From positions 248,001 through 312,000 of IMG/VR virus record IMGVR_UViG_3300024259_002152: a DNA stretch of 64,000 nucleotides; one strand, 5' to 3'. This document shows, one piece after another, positions 9,182 through 18,686 of the stretch. The notes under the pieces are model-generated. The model was not told the DNA's origin and searched no databases. It saw nothing but the letters and a program-made list of their open reading frames with translations. The stretch's first letter is position 1. Every line of letters starts with the position of its first letter. Made by a program: the position numbers and the translations under genes.

Positions 9182-9625
9182 ATGACAGATTTAAACAGAG
9201 TTTATTTGAAGGGCAATTTAGTTCAGGATCCAGAGCTTAAGGACATTAGCAATAACAATAAGGTTGTTAATTTTGTTATTGCTAGCAACAGGAATTGGAA
9301 TGGACCAGAGGGACAGAAAAACGAAGAAGTCTCTTATATTGATTGTGTTGCTTATGGCAAAAGAGCCGAAACAATTGATAAGTATTTTTCTAAAGGAAGA
9401 AAGATACTCGTCGAAGGTCGTCTGAAACAGGAAAAATGGGTTGATAAAGAAACTCAAAAAAATCAGAGTAGAATTAGGGTTATTGTAGAAAATTTCCATT
9501 TTATGGATAGTAAGAAAGAAGAGGGAGATGCTTGTGTGGCAACTGGGGCCATTCCTGCCTCAGCAGGTAATACTTGTTCTAATGGTCAAGCGGGAATTGA
9601 TGATAGTGATTTTGACGCCATCTGA
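9182..9625 (+). CDS. ssb: single-stranded DNA-binding protein
   Basis: NRVYLKGNLVQDPEL, KGRKILVEGRL, acidic C-tail. Confidence 0.95.
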   Translation: MTDLNRVYLKGNLVQDPELKDISNNNKVVNFVIASNRNWNGPEGQKNEEVSYIDCVAYGKRAETIDKYFSKGRKILVEGRLKQEKWVDKETQKNQSRIRVIVENFHFMDSKKEEGDACVATGAIPASAGNTCSNGQAGIDDSDFDAI

Positions 9626-9642
9626 TTGAAAGTTTTTACATT

Positions 9643-10560
9643 ATGATTAAGTTAAAAAGAATTAAACTGCAAAATTATTGTGGTTACAAGAATTTTGAGT
9701 TAGATTTGACAGATGGTGATAATGTTAAAACTTGGGCAATGTTCTACGGCCCTAATGGAGTAGGGAAAAGTAATTTCATTAGGGCCGTAGATTTGCTCGC
9801 TAGACCAAAAGCATTTCTACAAAAGAAAAATATCTTAACATTTCGTAAGTTAAAATACCATCATGATTACATAGCTGGTGCAGAACCAATGTATGAAGAT
9901 ATTAATGATCTAATAATGGAAGGAGTTTTTCTAGTTAATGGCAAAGAGAAAAAGGTAATCTTAGAAGATAATATTAAAGGCATTATCCAAGCAGGAAGAA
10001 CTGTTGATAAGGAGAAAGGTGAAGTAAGTGGCATAAAATTGAATGAACTTGCCCCTGACGAGCAAGGAGTTATTTTTATTGATGCTGATAGCAGAAATAT
10101 GATGACGAAATTTCAGATTATTTCTTCTTTACAAGAACAGTTTTGCGATTTTGCTAAAGCAGTATATGGGTTTAATTGCTATTGTCCTAAAACAGCATCT
10201 TCTTATGATCGTGGTGTAAAATTTATCACAGATTTTGTTATTGAGAAACCAGATGGGACTAAAGTTCATTATAAGAGATTTTCTGATGGGGAAAAGAAAA
10301 TAGCTACTTTAATTTCAAGTTTGTTTAAAAGAGCGTATAAAGATAGTCCTAATAGGGAGGGAAAAGATATTCTTATTATAGATAATATTGAAATGCACAT
10401 TTATTTCAAAAGACACATGACGTTAATTGAAAAAATGCAGGAATATTTTTCTGATAAACAAATAATAGCAACAACTCATTCTCCTGTTATTATCGAGAAT
10501 ATGCATAATAAATATATGTGTGATTTGGAAGAGTTACTAATGGAGAAGATTTGTGAATAA
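9643..10560 (+). CDS. ABC-type (SbcC/AAA_15-like) ATPase
   Basis: GPNGVGKS, FSDGEK signature, LIIDNIE, TTHSP. Confidence 0.88.
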   Translation: MIKLKRIKLQNYCGYKNFELDLTDGDNVKTWAMFYGPNGVGKSNFIRAVDLLARPKAFLQKKNILTFRKLKYHHDYIAGAEPMYEDINDLIMEGVFLVNGKEKKVILEDNIKGIIQAGRTVDKEKGEVSGIKLNELAPDEQGVIFIDADSRNMMTKFQIISSLQEQFCDFAKAVYGFNCYCPKTASSYDRGVKFITDFVIEKPDGTKVHYKRFSDGEKKIATLISSLFKRAYKDSPNREGKDILIIDNIEMHIYFKRHMTLIEKMQEYFSDKQIIATTHSPVIIENMHNKYMCDLEELLMEKICE

Positions 10561-10897
10561 AATAGCAGTTATCGATTTTGACGGAACAATAACTAGTTCC
10601 TCATATCCCGATACAAAAGAACCTCAAAGAGGAATAAAAGAAGCATTAACTAAAATGCAAAGAATGGGGTATGATATCCATATTTTATCTTGTAGAACTA
10701 GCCCTGATTTGTTTCCACATCCTATTGATAGACAAGAGCAAGTTAGATTGATGAAACAATATATGGACAAATATGAACTACCATATGATCAAATACTAAA
10801 CAAAGATAAACCTATAGCTCATATTTATATAGATGATAGAGGGGTAGGTTTTAGGGGAGACTGGGACAAGGTTGTAGAAGAAATGGAGAGTATGTAA
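10553..10897 (+). CDS. small HAD-family phosphatase
   Basis: VIDFDGT, SCR, KP...YIDDR. Confidence 0.8.
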   Translation: MNKIAVIDFDGTITSSSYPDTKEPQRGIKEALTKMQRMGYDIHILSCRTSPDLFPHPIDRQEQVRLMKQYMDKYELPYDQILNKDKPIAHIYIDDRGVGFRGDWDKVVEEMESM

Positions 10898-11547
10898 TGT
10901 CGGATGCAAAAAAAGCAAAGATTTTTTTTAGAGAAGAATTATCACATATACAAAAACCAGGTATAAGAGATTTTACTTTAATGTGCTTTGAAAAATTAAC
11001 GGCATCGTATTTTTGGGATTTTACTGCCTCATCTACTCAAACACATCACCCTAAAGTAAGTAATAAAGAGCATGGTCTTGTTCTTCATACGAAATTGGCT
11101 GTTTGGTGGGGAAGACATTTAGCAGAGAGATCAAATGTTAGGAATTTAGATGTGATAGTATCTGCTCTTCTTCTCCACGATTTGCAAAAATTTGGTAAAA
11201 TATTAGATGAGAATAAAAAACCAACATTAGCAGAATATTTGGAAACACATGGTCCGTTATTGGCAGTCCAAATAGAGAATATTTATCATTCTATGAATGT
11301 GAATGATGAAATTAAAAAAGATATTAAATCAATTATTACATGTGTAGCATGGCATATGGGGAGGTGGACAAATAAGTCCTTATCTTCTTCCTGGAAAATA
11401 AAAGAAAGTGAAAAAGAAAGGATGGGGGATGAGAAGATGGTGGAAATTAGACAAGTGGAAATTGTTCAACTGGCAGATTTCGCAGCTTCGAGAAAAGTAG
11501 ATGCTAAGTTAGAAGAATTAGATAGTTATAAATTTTTAGAGGTGTGA
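10897..11547 (+). CDS. HD-domain phosphohydrolase
   Basis: GLVLHT, LLHDLQK, H, WHMGRW, LAD. Confidence 0.8.
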   Translation: MSDAKKAKIFFREELSHIQKPGIRDFTLMCFEKLTASYFWDFTASSTQTHHPKVSNKEHGLVLHTKLAVWWGRHLAERSNVRNLDVIVSALLLHDLQKFGKILDENKKPTLAEYLETHGPLLAVQIENIYHSMNVNDEIKKDIKSIITCVAWHMGRWTNKSLSSSWKIKESEKERMGDEKMVEIRQVEIVQLADFAASRKVDAKLEELDSYKFLEV

Positions 11548-11548
11548 A

Positions 11549-11788
11549 ATGAGTGAATGGAGATTACCGAAGTTAGTAAAAGATGATAATATTATTATTC
11601 AATCAAAATATGCTATAAGTAATATAGATAATATAGCGGGGATTTTAACTTGTTTATCTGTAGAGGCTAGAGGGAATGAGTTGGTATCTATGGCATTTGT
11701 TTTAACAGAATTGGCAGATGAATTGCTTAACTCTACTGCGAAGATTGACAGTCTACAGAGATGGGCAGAAAGGCAAAAAAAAGCATGA
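11549..11788 (+). CDS. hypothetical protein
   Basis: ORF with GAGG RBS. Confidence 0.65.
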   Translation: MSEWRLPKLVKDDNIIIQSKYAISNIDNIAGILTCLSVEARGNELVSMAFVLTELADELLNSTAKIDSLQRWAERQKKA

Positions 11789-12369
11789 GCAAAATAAGAA
11801 GAATAAATTTGTTTTCTGGAGCAGGCGGAGGAAAATCCATCACAGCAACCAATATTCGTGCTCAGTTGGGCTTTAAGGGTTATGATATAGAACTAGTAGA
11901 TGAGGTGATAAAAGATTGGACCTATATCCCTAGAATACCCAAAGATTGTGATAGTTTTTATTTGCAAGCGTCTCAGATTCAAAAAGAAGACATTAGATTA
12001 AGAGCAGGAGTGGATCTTATAGTAAGTGATTCTCCTTTGTTTTTGCAATATTTTTATGCATGGCATTATAAAACTCCTTTGCAGATGGCTATGCTGTCAG
12101 CAAGTATCGAGTTTGACGTGAGATATACTCCGCTAAATATTTTTATTAATCGCGAAGATGAATTTTATAATGAAACAGGTAGATATGAAACCTTAGAAGA
12201 AGCAAAACATATCGACATAGAAATAAAAAGACTCATGAGTAGGAATGCGGTTGAGTATAAAGAATTTTCTTGTTTAAATCAAGATGGGATAATCTATTAT
12301 ATAATATCAAAAATAAAAGAAGCAGATGAGCGAACTAATGGCAAATGGGTAACAAGTGAAAAAACGTAA
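11785..12369 (+). CDS. P-loop NTPase, NadR/AAA_28-like kinase
   Basis: INLFSGAGGGKS, IVSDSPL, GRYET. Confidence 0.75.
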   Translation: MSKIRRINLFSGAGGGKSITATNIRAQLGFKGYDIELVDEVIKDWTYIPRIPKDCDSFYLQASQIQKEDIRLRAGVDLIVSDSPLFLQYFYAWHYKTPLQMAMLSASIEFDVRYTPLNIFINREDEFYNETGRYETLEEAKHIDIEIKRLMSRNAVEYKEFSCLNQDGIIYYIISKIKEADERTNGKWVTSEKT

Positions 12370-13511
12370 TGTCAAAAATAGATATAATAGATAGTGAAAA
12401 ATTAAGAAAACAATTTCTACTACTACATGGAGATGCAAAGGATGTTCTGAAAGATCTTCCTGAGAATTTTGTTCATACGGTAGTGACTAGTCCTCCCTAT
12501 TGGCAATTAAGAGATTATTTTGCTAATGATCAGTTAGGTCAAGAGAGAACTCCTGAAGAATATGTGAAAAACTTAGTAGATATATGTAAAGAGATAAAAA
12601 GAGTTTTGAGGAAAGACGGCACGTTTTGGCTTAACATAGGAGATAGTTATAATAATAATTCAGGGTTTGAAAGAACAACTGATTGGAAAAGAAAAGGACG
12701 GTCGGGAGGTTCTTCTGATAAGAAAGCGTTCAAACATTCTTCTATTAAAATAAAAGATTTAGTAGGTATGCCATGGCGTGTAGCTTTTGCTTTGCAAAAT
12801 GATGGATGGTTTCTACGTTGTGATATAATTTGGCAAAAAACTAATCCTATGCCTGATGGAGCAAAGGACAGACCAACCAGAGGACATGAATATATATTTT
12901 TACTAACTAAATCTTCTAAATATTTTTATGATTACTATAGGGTATTAGAGGATACAGAAGAACAGCCAGAACAGATTCAGGGATTTGGGGCAAATGAGCA
13001 ACATGGCACTTATAGAATGGATCAGAATAGGACTTTTGAACATTATGGTAAGAGGAATAAAAGGTCAGTATGGAAAACATCTGTATCTACTTTTAAAGGT
13101 AAACATTTTGCCACCTATCCATTTCAACTTATAGAGCCTTGTATTATGGCATCCACATCTGATAAAGGGTGTTGTGTAGAATGTGGCACTCCTTGGTTTC
13201 GTAATTTTGAGAAAGAAAAAAAACCATCAGATAACCAAAAAGGATATACTTTAGAGTTGGTAGATAAAGGATGGGAACAAGGATGTGAATGTAATACTAA
13301 TGAAGTTAAACCATGTATTGTTCTAGATCCTTTTAACGGGTCAGGAACTACAGGAAACGTAGCGTTTAAATATGATCAACATTATATAGGCGTAGATACT
13401 AATAAGGAATATTTAGAAATTGCTAGAAACAATATTATAAGTAGTAAAAGAAATACTGAAGAGAATATTGTTGAAGCATCAACATTGGAGAGTTTTTTAG
13501 ATGATAATTGA
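12369..13511 (+). CDS. DNA N4/N6 methyltransferase, beta class
   Basis: TSPPYW, HFATYP, DPFNGSGTT; Cys-rich insertion. Confidence 0.92.
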   Translation: MSKIDIIDSEKLRKQFLLLHGDAKDVLKDLPENFVHTVVTSPPYWQLRDYFANDQLGQERTPEEYVKNLVDICKEIKRVLRKDGTFWLNIGDSYNNNSGFERTTDWKRKGRSGGSSDKKAFKHSSIKIKDLVGMPWRVAFALQNDGWFLRCDIIWQKTNPMPDGAKDRPTRGHEYIFLLTKSSKYFYDYYRVLEDTEEQPEQIQGFGANEQHGTYRMDQNRTFEHYGKRNKRSVWKTSVSTFKGKHFATYPFQLIEPCIMASTSDKGCCVECGTPWFRNFEKEKKPSDNQKGYTLELVDKGWEQGCECNTNEVKPCIVLDPFNGSGTTGNVAFKYDQHYIGVDTNKEYLEIARNNIISSKRNTEENIVEASTLESFLDDN

Positions 13512-14223
13512 AAAAACAGCATTAGAATCAGATTTAACCAAATTTAAGACAGGGTTACAGTTAGAAAAGTATTTTAATAACATAGCTACATTGGCAAGAA
13601 ATAAAATGATTACTGATGCTCTTGCTAATGATTTGCTTGATAAGACATATAATTATGGAGTTGAAACCGGCCTTTTCTCCAAAAAACAACAAGCGTCCTA
13701 TCGAAATAGACAGAATAGTCGTCAAAATGGTGTTCCAAGGAGTCATTTAGAATTTTTAATAGATATATATAAACGCCAGCAGAAAGAGCATGAGGCATTT
13801 TTATATTATATAGAGTCTTTGGAAAGAAAATATCCTAATGAGAAAATTTATTGGGAATATAATGGTAACGATAATTGTCAGGGTTATATTATGATTGTTA
13901 GTCTTAAGAATCGGTCTGGAGCATATATAACAGAGCCAGATTACAAAGTATATATAGGAGAAAAAATCTACTTAATTGAAGCTAAGAATTTTTTCCATCC
14001 TCCTGTTTTTAAAGTATCTAATCTTAACAATTATATAAAAGTAGGAAGTTTTGTTGTGTTTAAGTCTGGCGACAAACATTATATAACGGCCGTTGGCGGA
14101 ATTAGAAAAATATTAGAAAAACCACAGGAAAGAGTCTTTGAGCAAGCTTGTATAAGAATGTCAAAATCAGATCTTAATGAATTTGTAGAGAAAGGGTGGT
14201 TTCATGAGGTAAAGAATGCTTGA
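13501..14223 (+). CDS. putative PD-(D/E)xK nuclease
   Basis: EPDY...IEAK. Confidence 0.5.
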   Translation: MIIEKTALESDLTKFKTGLQLEKYFNNIATLARNKMITDALANDLLDKTYNYGVETGLFSKKQQASYRNRQNSRQNGVPRSHLEFLIDIYKRQQKEHEAFLYYIESLERKYPNEKIYWEYNGNDNCQGYIMIVSLKNRSGAYITEPDYKVYIGEKIYLIEAKNFFHPPVFKVSNLNNYIKVGSFVVFKSGDKHYITAVGGIRKILEKPQERVFEQACIRMSKSDLNEFVEKGWFHEVKNA

Positions 14224-14818
14224 TAAATTCGCAAAAGAACATGATTTTATATTATCAGAAGAAAATGGTTTTGATTCTCTGTATAGACCATGTAAAGATT
14301 TGTATTTTATGAATTTATGTTTTGGTGTTAATCTTAGATCAATTGATGAATCATCTAAATGTGGGTCTATGTTTGTTGCTAATGATGGATCAATGCTAAC
14401 ATCAGGATATAATAATCCTGTTCGAGGGTCAGATGATACCAATATACCGACTAGTCGTCCTGAAAAATATTTATTCATGGAGCATGGCGAGCGTAATGCG
14501 ATATATAACTCCGCTAGACATGGAATAAAATTGGAAGGTAGCACAGTGTTTATTACGGGTTTTCCTTGTTTTGACTGCTTGAGGGGGATAATTCAGGTAG
14601 GTGCTGAACGGATAGTTTATGGTCCTTTGCAAGTAGTAATGCCAGAAACACAAGAAAAAGATTTTTATAAAATATTATTGTATGGGCAGCCAATAATAAT
14701 AGAACGTTTTAAATATGATGGAGGATTGTATTTTCTTAACCCTATTGCTAAATATATGGTTAATTTAAAGAAGGCACAAGGTATTGAAGATGTTGATTTT
14801 ACGTGGAATACGTCATAA
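14216..14818 (+). CDS. dCMP deaminase
   Basis: SGYN, HGERNAI, PCFDC. Confidence 0.88.
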   Translation: MLDKFAKEHDFILSEENGFDSLYRPCKDLYFMNLCFGVNLRSIDESSKCGSMFVANDGSMLTSGYNNPVRGSDDTNIPTSRPEKYLFMEHGERNAIYNSARHGIKLEGSTVFITGFPCFDCLRGIIQVGAERIVYGPLQVVMPETQEKDFYKILLYGQPIIIERFKYDGGLYFLNPIAKYMVNLKKAQGIEDVDFTWNTS

Positions 14819-14878
14819 TAAAAGAGGATTTCTCTGCGTCGTTTTGAATATAAGTGATAACATAGTTACGGTAGGGAT

Positions 14879-15079
14879 TTGTTCAGCAATGGCGTGAGCA
14901 AATCTTTTTGTTTTAATATGTCATTATTGAAAGAATTTATCATGACTGCTAAAGTTAAAAGTTCCTTTTTAACAAAATGGATAAAAGAAATAAACAAAGC
15001 TATGGAACAGCGGAGACAAAGAAGAATTACTGCTTATAATGATAAGCAATGGGATAGGAAATTGAGGGGATTGAAATAA
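14879..15079 (+). CDS. hypothetical basic protein (start uncertain)
   Basis: Short ORF after AGGA-N17-GAAT motif. Confidence 0.5.
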   Translation: MFSNGVSKSFCFNMSLLKEFIMTAKVKSSFLTKWIKEINKAMEQRRQRRITAYNDKQWDRKLRGLK

Positions 15080-15150
15080 ATACAGGATTTTGTAGTAAAA
15101 AGTATAATTTATTAATAGATAATTGATAAACTTTTTACTAGGATACAATC

Positions 15151-16134
15151 ATGTCAAAAGATAACAGTTTTTTAAAGAACGGTAATTTTGCGCCAGGAAG
15201 ACTTTTTACAGGTTTAATCAAAGATATTCCAGATAAGAGAGACTATAAATTCTCTGATATCATGAAGCAGCAGGGAACTATAAAAACAATTAAGGTTAAA
15301 GTGTTAAAGCCAAAACCTTTAAAAAGAGGTTGTTTTAGAAAACATGGATATAAGATTCCTTTAGAAGAAGTGACAGTAGCAATCGATGTTGCTACTCCAA
15401 AACTGTTAAGCAGCTCTCCCTTTCAAATAGATCACTCTAAAAATATGTCTCTCGTAAAAGACCAGAAAAATTTAGGTACTTGCGTGGCATTTTCCGCAGC
15501 CGCGTTAAAAGAATGTCAGGAGAAAGAAGAGCATGATAGAGAGGTAGTATCTGGGAAAGAATATAACAGAGATAAAGAATATGATTATTCTGAACAATGG
15601 ATATATTGGAATTGTAAAAAGATAGATGGTTTTTCTGGGTCAGAAGGAACAACTATCAGAGACGCCATGAAAGTATTGAAGAATATTGGAGTTCCTACCG
15701 AACAAGCTTGGCCTTATACTGATGATCCTGTGAATATAGGAAAACCAGCAAGTTGGGCAAATATGATTGCTCGTTGGGCAACTATAGGGTCTTATTGGAA
15801 TGTCTCAAATTTAACAGAATTAAAAGCAGCATTAGTAGAAGGTCCTGTTATTATTGGTGTGCCTGTATTTGCAGAGTGGTGGGAACCTCCTGGTGGAGTG
15901 GTTAATTACCCATCTAATCCATCTTTAATGTATGGAGGGCATGCTATTTGTGCTGTGGGTTATGATGAAAGTAAACATTTGGTGAAGTTTAAGAATAGCT
16001 GGAGCACATATTGGGGAGAACAAGGGTATGGCTATTTGTCGTATAGATATATAGAGGATTTCTTATGGAGCGGATGGGCAGCAAGAGATATTTCTGTGAC
16101 AAGAGATATGTTAAAAGGAACAAGAGAGTTGTAA
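15151..16134 (+). CDS. papain-like (C1 family) cysteine peptidase
   Basis: DQKNLGTCVAF, GGHAICAVGY, KNSWSTYWGEQGY. Confidence 0.92.
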   Translation: MSKDNSFLKNGNFAPGRLFTGLIKDIPDKRDYKFSDIMKQQGTIKTIKVKVLKPKPLKRGCFRKHGYKIPLEEVTVAIDVATPKLLSSSPFQIDHSKNMSLVKDQKNLGTCVAFSAAALKECQEKEEHDREVVSGKEYNRDKEYDYSEQWIYWNCKKIDGFSGSEGTTIRDAMKVLKNIGVPTEQAWPYTDDPVNIGKPASWANMIARWATIGSYWNVSNLTELKAALVEGPVIIGVPVFAEWWEPPGGVVNYPSNPSLMYGGHAICAVGYDESKHLVKFKNSWSTYWGEQGYGYLSYRYIEDFLWSGWAARDISVTRDMLKGTREL

Positions 16135-16186
16135 TCCATTGTAAGATAAGAAGTTATAAAATTATCAAAAAAATAGAAAATAGTTA

Positions 16187-16214
16187 TTGACAAAGTAGAA
16201 TTTGTCGATATAAT
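16187..16214 (+). promoter_or_regulatory. consensus sigma70 promoter upstream of RNA cluster
   Basis: TTGACA(16187-92)-N16-TATAAT(16209-14); GACAAA/TTTGTC inverted repeat overlaps it. Confidence 0.8.
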
Positions 16215-16244
16215 ACTATCATTGACAAGTAAATAGAGAGAATG

Positions 16245-16458
16245 ATATGGGTTGAAGGTGTGTAGGTTATCGAAAATACTGGCCCTAAGGTTGGCATCTC
16301 AGGGAACGCTACTCGATAGAGTAGTTGGGGCGACTGAGTGAGAATACCGAGCAACCTGGATGTATTTCCAGGCTCTGCGTGCCGAATACGATACCCTTCG
16401 GGATTCGTACAGGTGGCCATAAGTGCTCCAATTCCCTATGCCCGTGACATATCCATAT
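16245..16458 (+). ncRNA. unassigned structured RNA 1 (~214 nt)
   Basis: GC-rich; 5'/3' closing helix ATATGGGT/ATCCATAT; nested helices TGGCC/GGCCA, TTGGCAT/GTGCCGA, CTCAG/CTGAG, CTACTC/GAGTAG, CCTGGA/TCCAGG; C-UUCG-G loop. Confidence 0.65.
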
Positions 16459-16462
16459 TTTT

Positions 16463-16686
16463 TAATTAATATGTTGGCTGCATGGTGTGAAAACGTTGAG
16501 AGGCGACATGCTGAAACCACATGAAAAGCTTGAACTGCTTTTTACAGAAAGTAGGTGCGGGTTTAATAAATGGTGGGTATAAAATTTGCCCAAGGGTATC
16601 GAGGGCCTTTGGTAGCCGCCGCGTACGGCAAGCCATAAATCGTAGCAAGTAGCGGGTAAAGCCAATCTTGTCCAACATGTTAATTA
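16463..16686 (+). ncRNA. unassigned structured RNA 2 (~224 nt)
   Basis: 15-bp closing helix TAATTAATATGTTGG/CCAACATGTTAATTA (one G-U); hairpins AAAAGC/GCTTTT, TGGGTA/TGCCCA, GCCG/CGGC. Confidence 0.62.
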
Positions 16687-16709
16687 TTTGTTCTTTAAAA
16701 AATAAATAT

Positions 16710-17054
16710 GGGGTCGAAAGGTTTTCGATTAGATTAGGAGAAATCAACGGCGTGTACGAGATAGTAGTTGGCTCGTTAAAAATCTACTAAAAACTGTAAT
16801 TGGCAACAATTATGCAATGGCTGCCTAAGCAAAATTAGGTTGTCTATCTTCTGATTCCTATTAGGAAGAATAGGCAAAAGCAATAGGATAGCATAAACTC
16901 TTTTTCTCAAGAGAGGTGAAGCGAAATTAATTTGGGATAGAAATGATGAACCCTGTCAATTGGGGTCAGAGTTTTGAAATTTAAATAATTGACTACACAC
17001 GTAGAAGTTGATTTTGAAATATTCTAAGACTGGGCTTCGATGCCCACGACTCCA
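16710..17054 (+). ncRNA. ssrA: tmRNA; tag (A)GNNYAMAA
   Basis: Acceptor stem GGGGTCG/CGACTCC-A with G3:U70; T arm TGGGC-TTCGAT-GCCCA; pk1 CGAG/CTCG plus TAGTAG/CTACTA; tag ORF 16802-16828. Confidence 0.93.
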
Positions 17055-17102
17055 CTTTTAAAAAAACGCCTATCAAAAAGGCATATAATAAGATAGGACA
17101 TT

Positions 17103-17363
17103 ATGGACAATAAGGCAATAGACAGACCATTTGATGAAGAAATTCTTAAACAGGCAACCTCTATGGCTCAGGATTATCATATTGTCCTTGAGGGGGATCA
17201 GAAGTCAGGATTTGTTGGGACATGGTGCGAATATCCCTCAATTATAGGAGATGGAGAAACAAAAGAAGAATGTATAGAAAGCACTAGAGAAGCTATTACT
17301 GTTGCTCTTGCCTATTTGCTAGAGACAGGGCAAGAACTTCCTAAGGTGAATGAGGAACTATGA
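17103..17363 (+). CDS. hicB: HicB-family antitoxin (orphan)
   Basis: Y.IVL....GFVG.W.EYP.IIGDGETKEECIE..REAI...L.....ELP. Confidence 0.8.
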   Translation: MDNKAIDRPFDEEILKQATSMAQDYHIVLEGDQKSGFVGTWCEYPSIIGDGETKEECIESTREAITVALAYLLETGQELPKVNEEL

Positions 17364-17689
17364 TGGTAAAAGAAGTGATTTATGGAATCGGCCCAAATCC
17401 GATGGAAGAACAATATAGAGAGGAAGATATGGAGTGTTCTTCTTTTGTTGTTTATATCTGCGATAAGAAAACATGGGAAGAGAAACATTGTTGCAGCAGT
17501 TCGGTAGATAAGGAAATTATTAAAGAACTCAAGGAAGCAGGTTTTGAAGAGGTTACGTCCGCCGTTTTTACAACCATTGCCTCATGTTATCCAAAACTTA
17601 CGATTGATGAATTAAGAAAGATGATAGAACGCCTTGGTTTTGTTCATAACGAAGATTTTGAGACATATATGATAAGCGCTTTTGAGTAA
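17360..17689 (+). CDS. hypothetical protein
   Basis: ORF coupled to hicB. Confidence 0.7.
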   Translation: MMVKEVIYGIGPNPMEEQYREEDMECSSFVVYICDKKTWEEKHCCSSSVDKEIIKELKEAGFEEVTSAVFTTIASCYPKLTIDELRKMIERLGFVHNEDFETYMISAFE

Positions 17690-17713
17690 GATCAATTATT
17701 ATAAGGGGTTGTA

Positions 17714-18142
17714 ATGAAAAAAACTATATATGTATTGTTGTGTGTTTTATGTATATTTTTTTTGTCATCATGTGCATTGTTTACGTCATCATATAATAGA
17801 AATGATAATTCATGTATTTTATCTGCCACGAATGTGGCAATTCATGATTTCGCAATTTATGAAAACGAGATATTAGATAAATGTGCGGAGCAAGGAAATA
17901 AAGATTGTAAAAAGGGAGACAAAATTGAAGAGTGGCTTTTATTTTTAGAATCGATAGAAAAATACTTTGAAGAAGGTAAGTTGGACACTATTAATACTAT
18001 TGTAAATAATATTATCAAAGATATGAAGAGATATGAGGTAGATAGTAAAATAGTTACAGATATTGAGAATATTAAAGTTGTTTTAGACTTAAAGTGTGTA
18101 GAAGGTATTAAAAAGAAAACTGTTCGTCATGCTGGAAGGTAG
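17714..18142 (+). CDS. putative lipoprotein
   Basis: MKK + hydrophobic stretch + LSSC lipobox. Confidence 0.7.
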   Translation: MKKTIYVLLCVLCIFFLSSCALFTSSYNRNDNSCILSATNVAIHDFAIYENEILDKCAEQGNKDCKKGDKIEEWLLFLESIEKYFEEGKLDTINTIVNNIIKDMKRYEVDSKIVTDIENIKVVLDLKCVEGIKKKTVRHAGR

Positions 18143-18686
18143 TGAAACAGTGGTGAAAAAAGCATTTACTCTAATTGAAATGATGGTAGTGATGTCTATT
18201 ATTAGTATGGTAGCTTCTGTGTATATGCCAACTCTTAATATTGCTCGACAACAGGCAGAATCAGTATTATGTCAGAATAATTTATCATTACGGGGCAGAA
18301 CAATAAGATCGGGTGTACAATTATCTGCAAATAATTGTCCTACTAGCGGAAAGAATTATGCTATTTTTTCTTTATCCGAAAATTTAGATAGATTGAGTTC
18401 AGAAGATGGCTTATTGTGTGATGCTGGAAATACTAGCACTGTTGAGCCGAGAATGCCATATAAAGACATTGCATATCAGAATGTTCATAATGGTATTGCT
18501 GGTTCTATGGATTATACTTTAACAGGTGGTACTAATATGTTATTAGCTGACTTTTCTGTTAAGGGAGGTAAAGGGGTATTACCCACTTATGTTGGTATTC
18601 AATACTATTACGGAGATAATACAGGTTTTATATTTTGTGCTGATTATCCAAATGTATGGCCAGATCCATGGTTCCAACCTAACTGA
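18129..18686 (+). CDS. prepilin-type N-terminal cleavage/methylation protein (DUF1559-like)
   Basis: KKAFTLIEMMVV...P.L..AR..A....CQNNL; H...GGTNMLLAD. Confidence 0.82.
   Translation: MLEGSETVVKKAFTLIEMMVVMSIISMVASVYMPTLNIARQQAESVLCQNNLSLRGRTIRSGVQLSANNCPTSGKNYAIFSLSENLDRLSSEDGLLCDAGNTSTVEPRMPYKDIAYQNVHNGIAGSMDYTLTGGTNMLLADFSVKGGKGVLPTYVGIQYYYGDNTGFIFCADYPNVWPDPWFQPN

Noticed and set aside
16463-16686. RNA 2 as RNase P RNA
   Set aside because: Has short words such as ACAGAAA, GGTAAA and AGCAAG but lacks the GAGGAAAGTCC/GGCTTA P4 signature and the expected order
16184-16747. Four minus-strand ORFs over the RNA cluster
   Set aside because: They overlap each other, lack protein motifs and oppose a consensus + strand promoter; base-pairing explains the GC content better
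17031-17054. Stand-alone tRNA gene
   Set aside because: The T arm and acceptor strand pair with 16710-16716 and belong to the tmRNA
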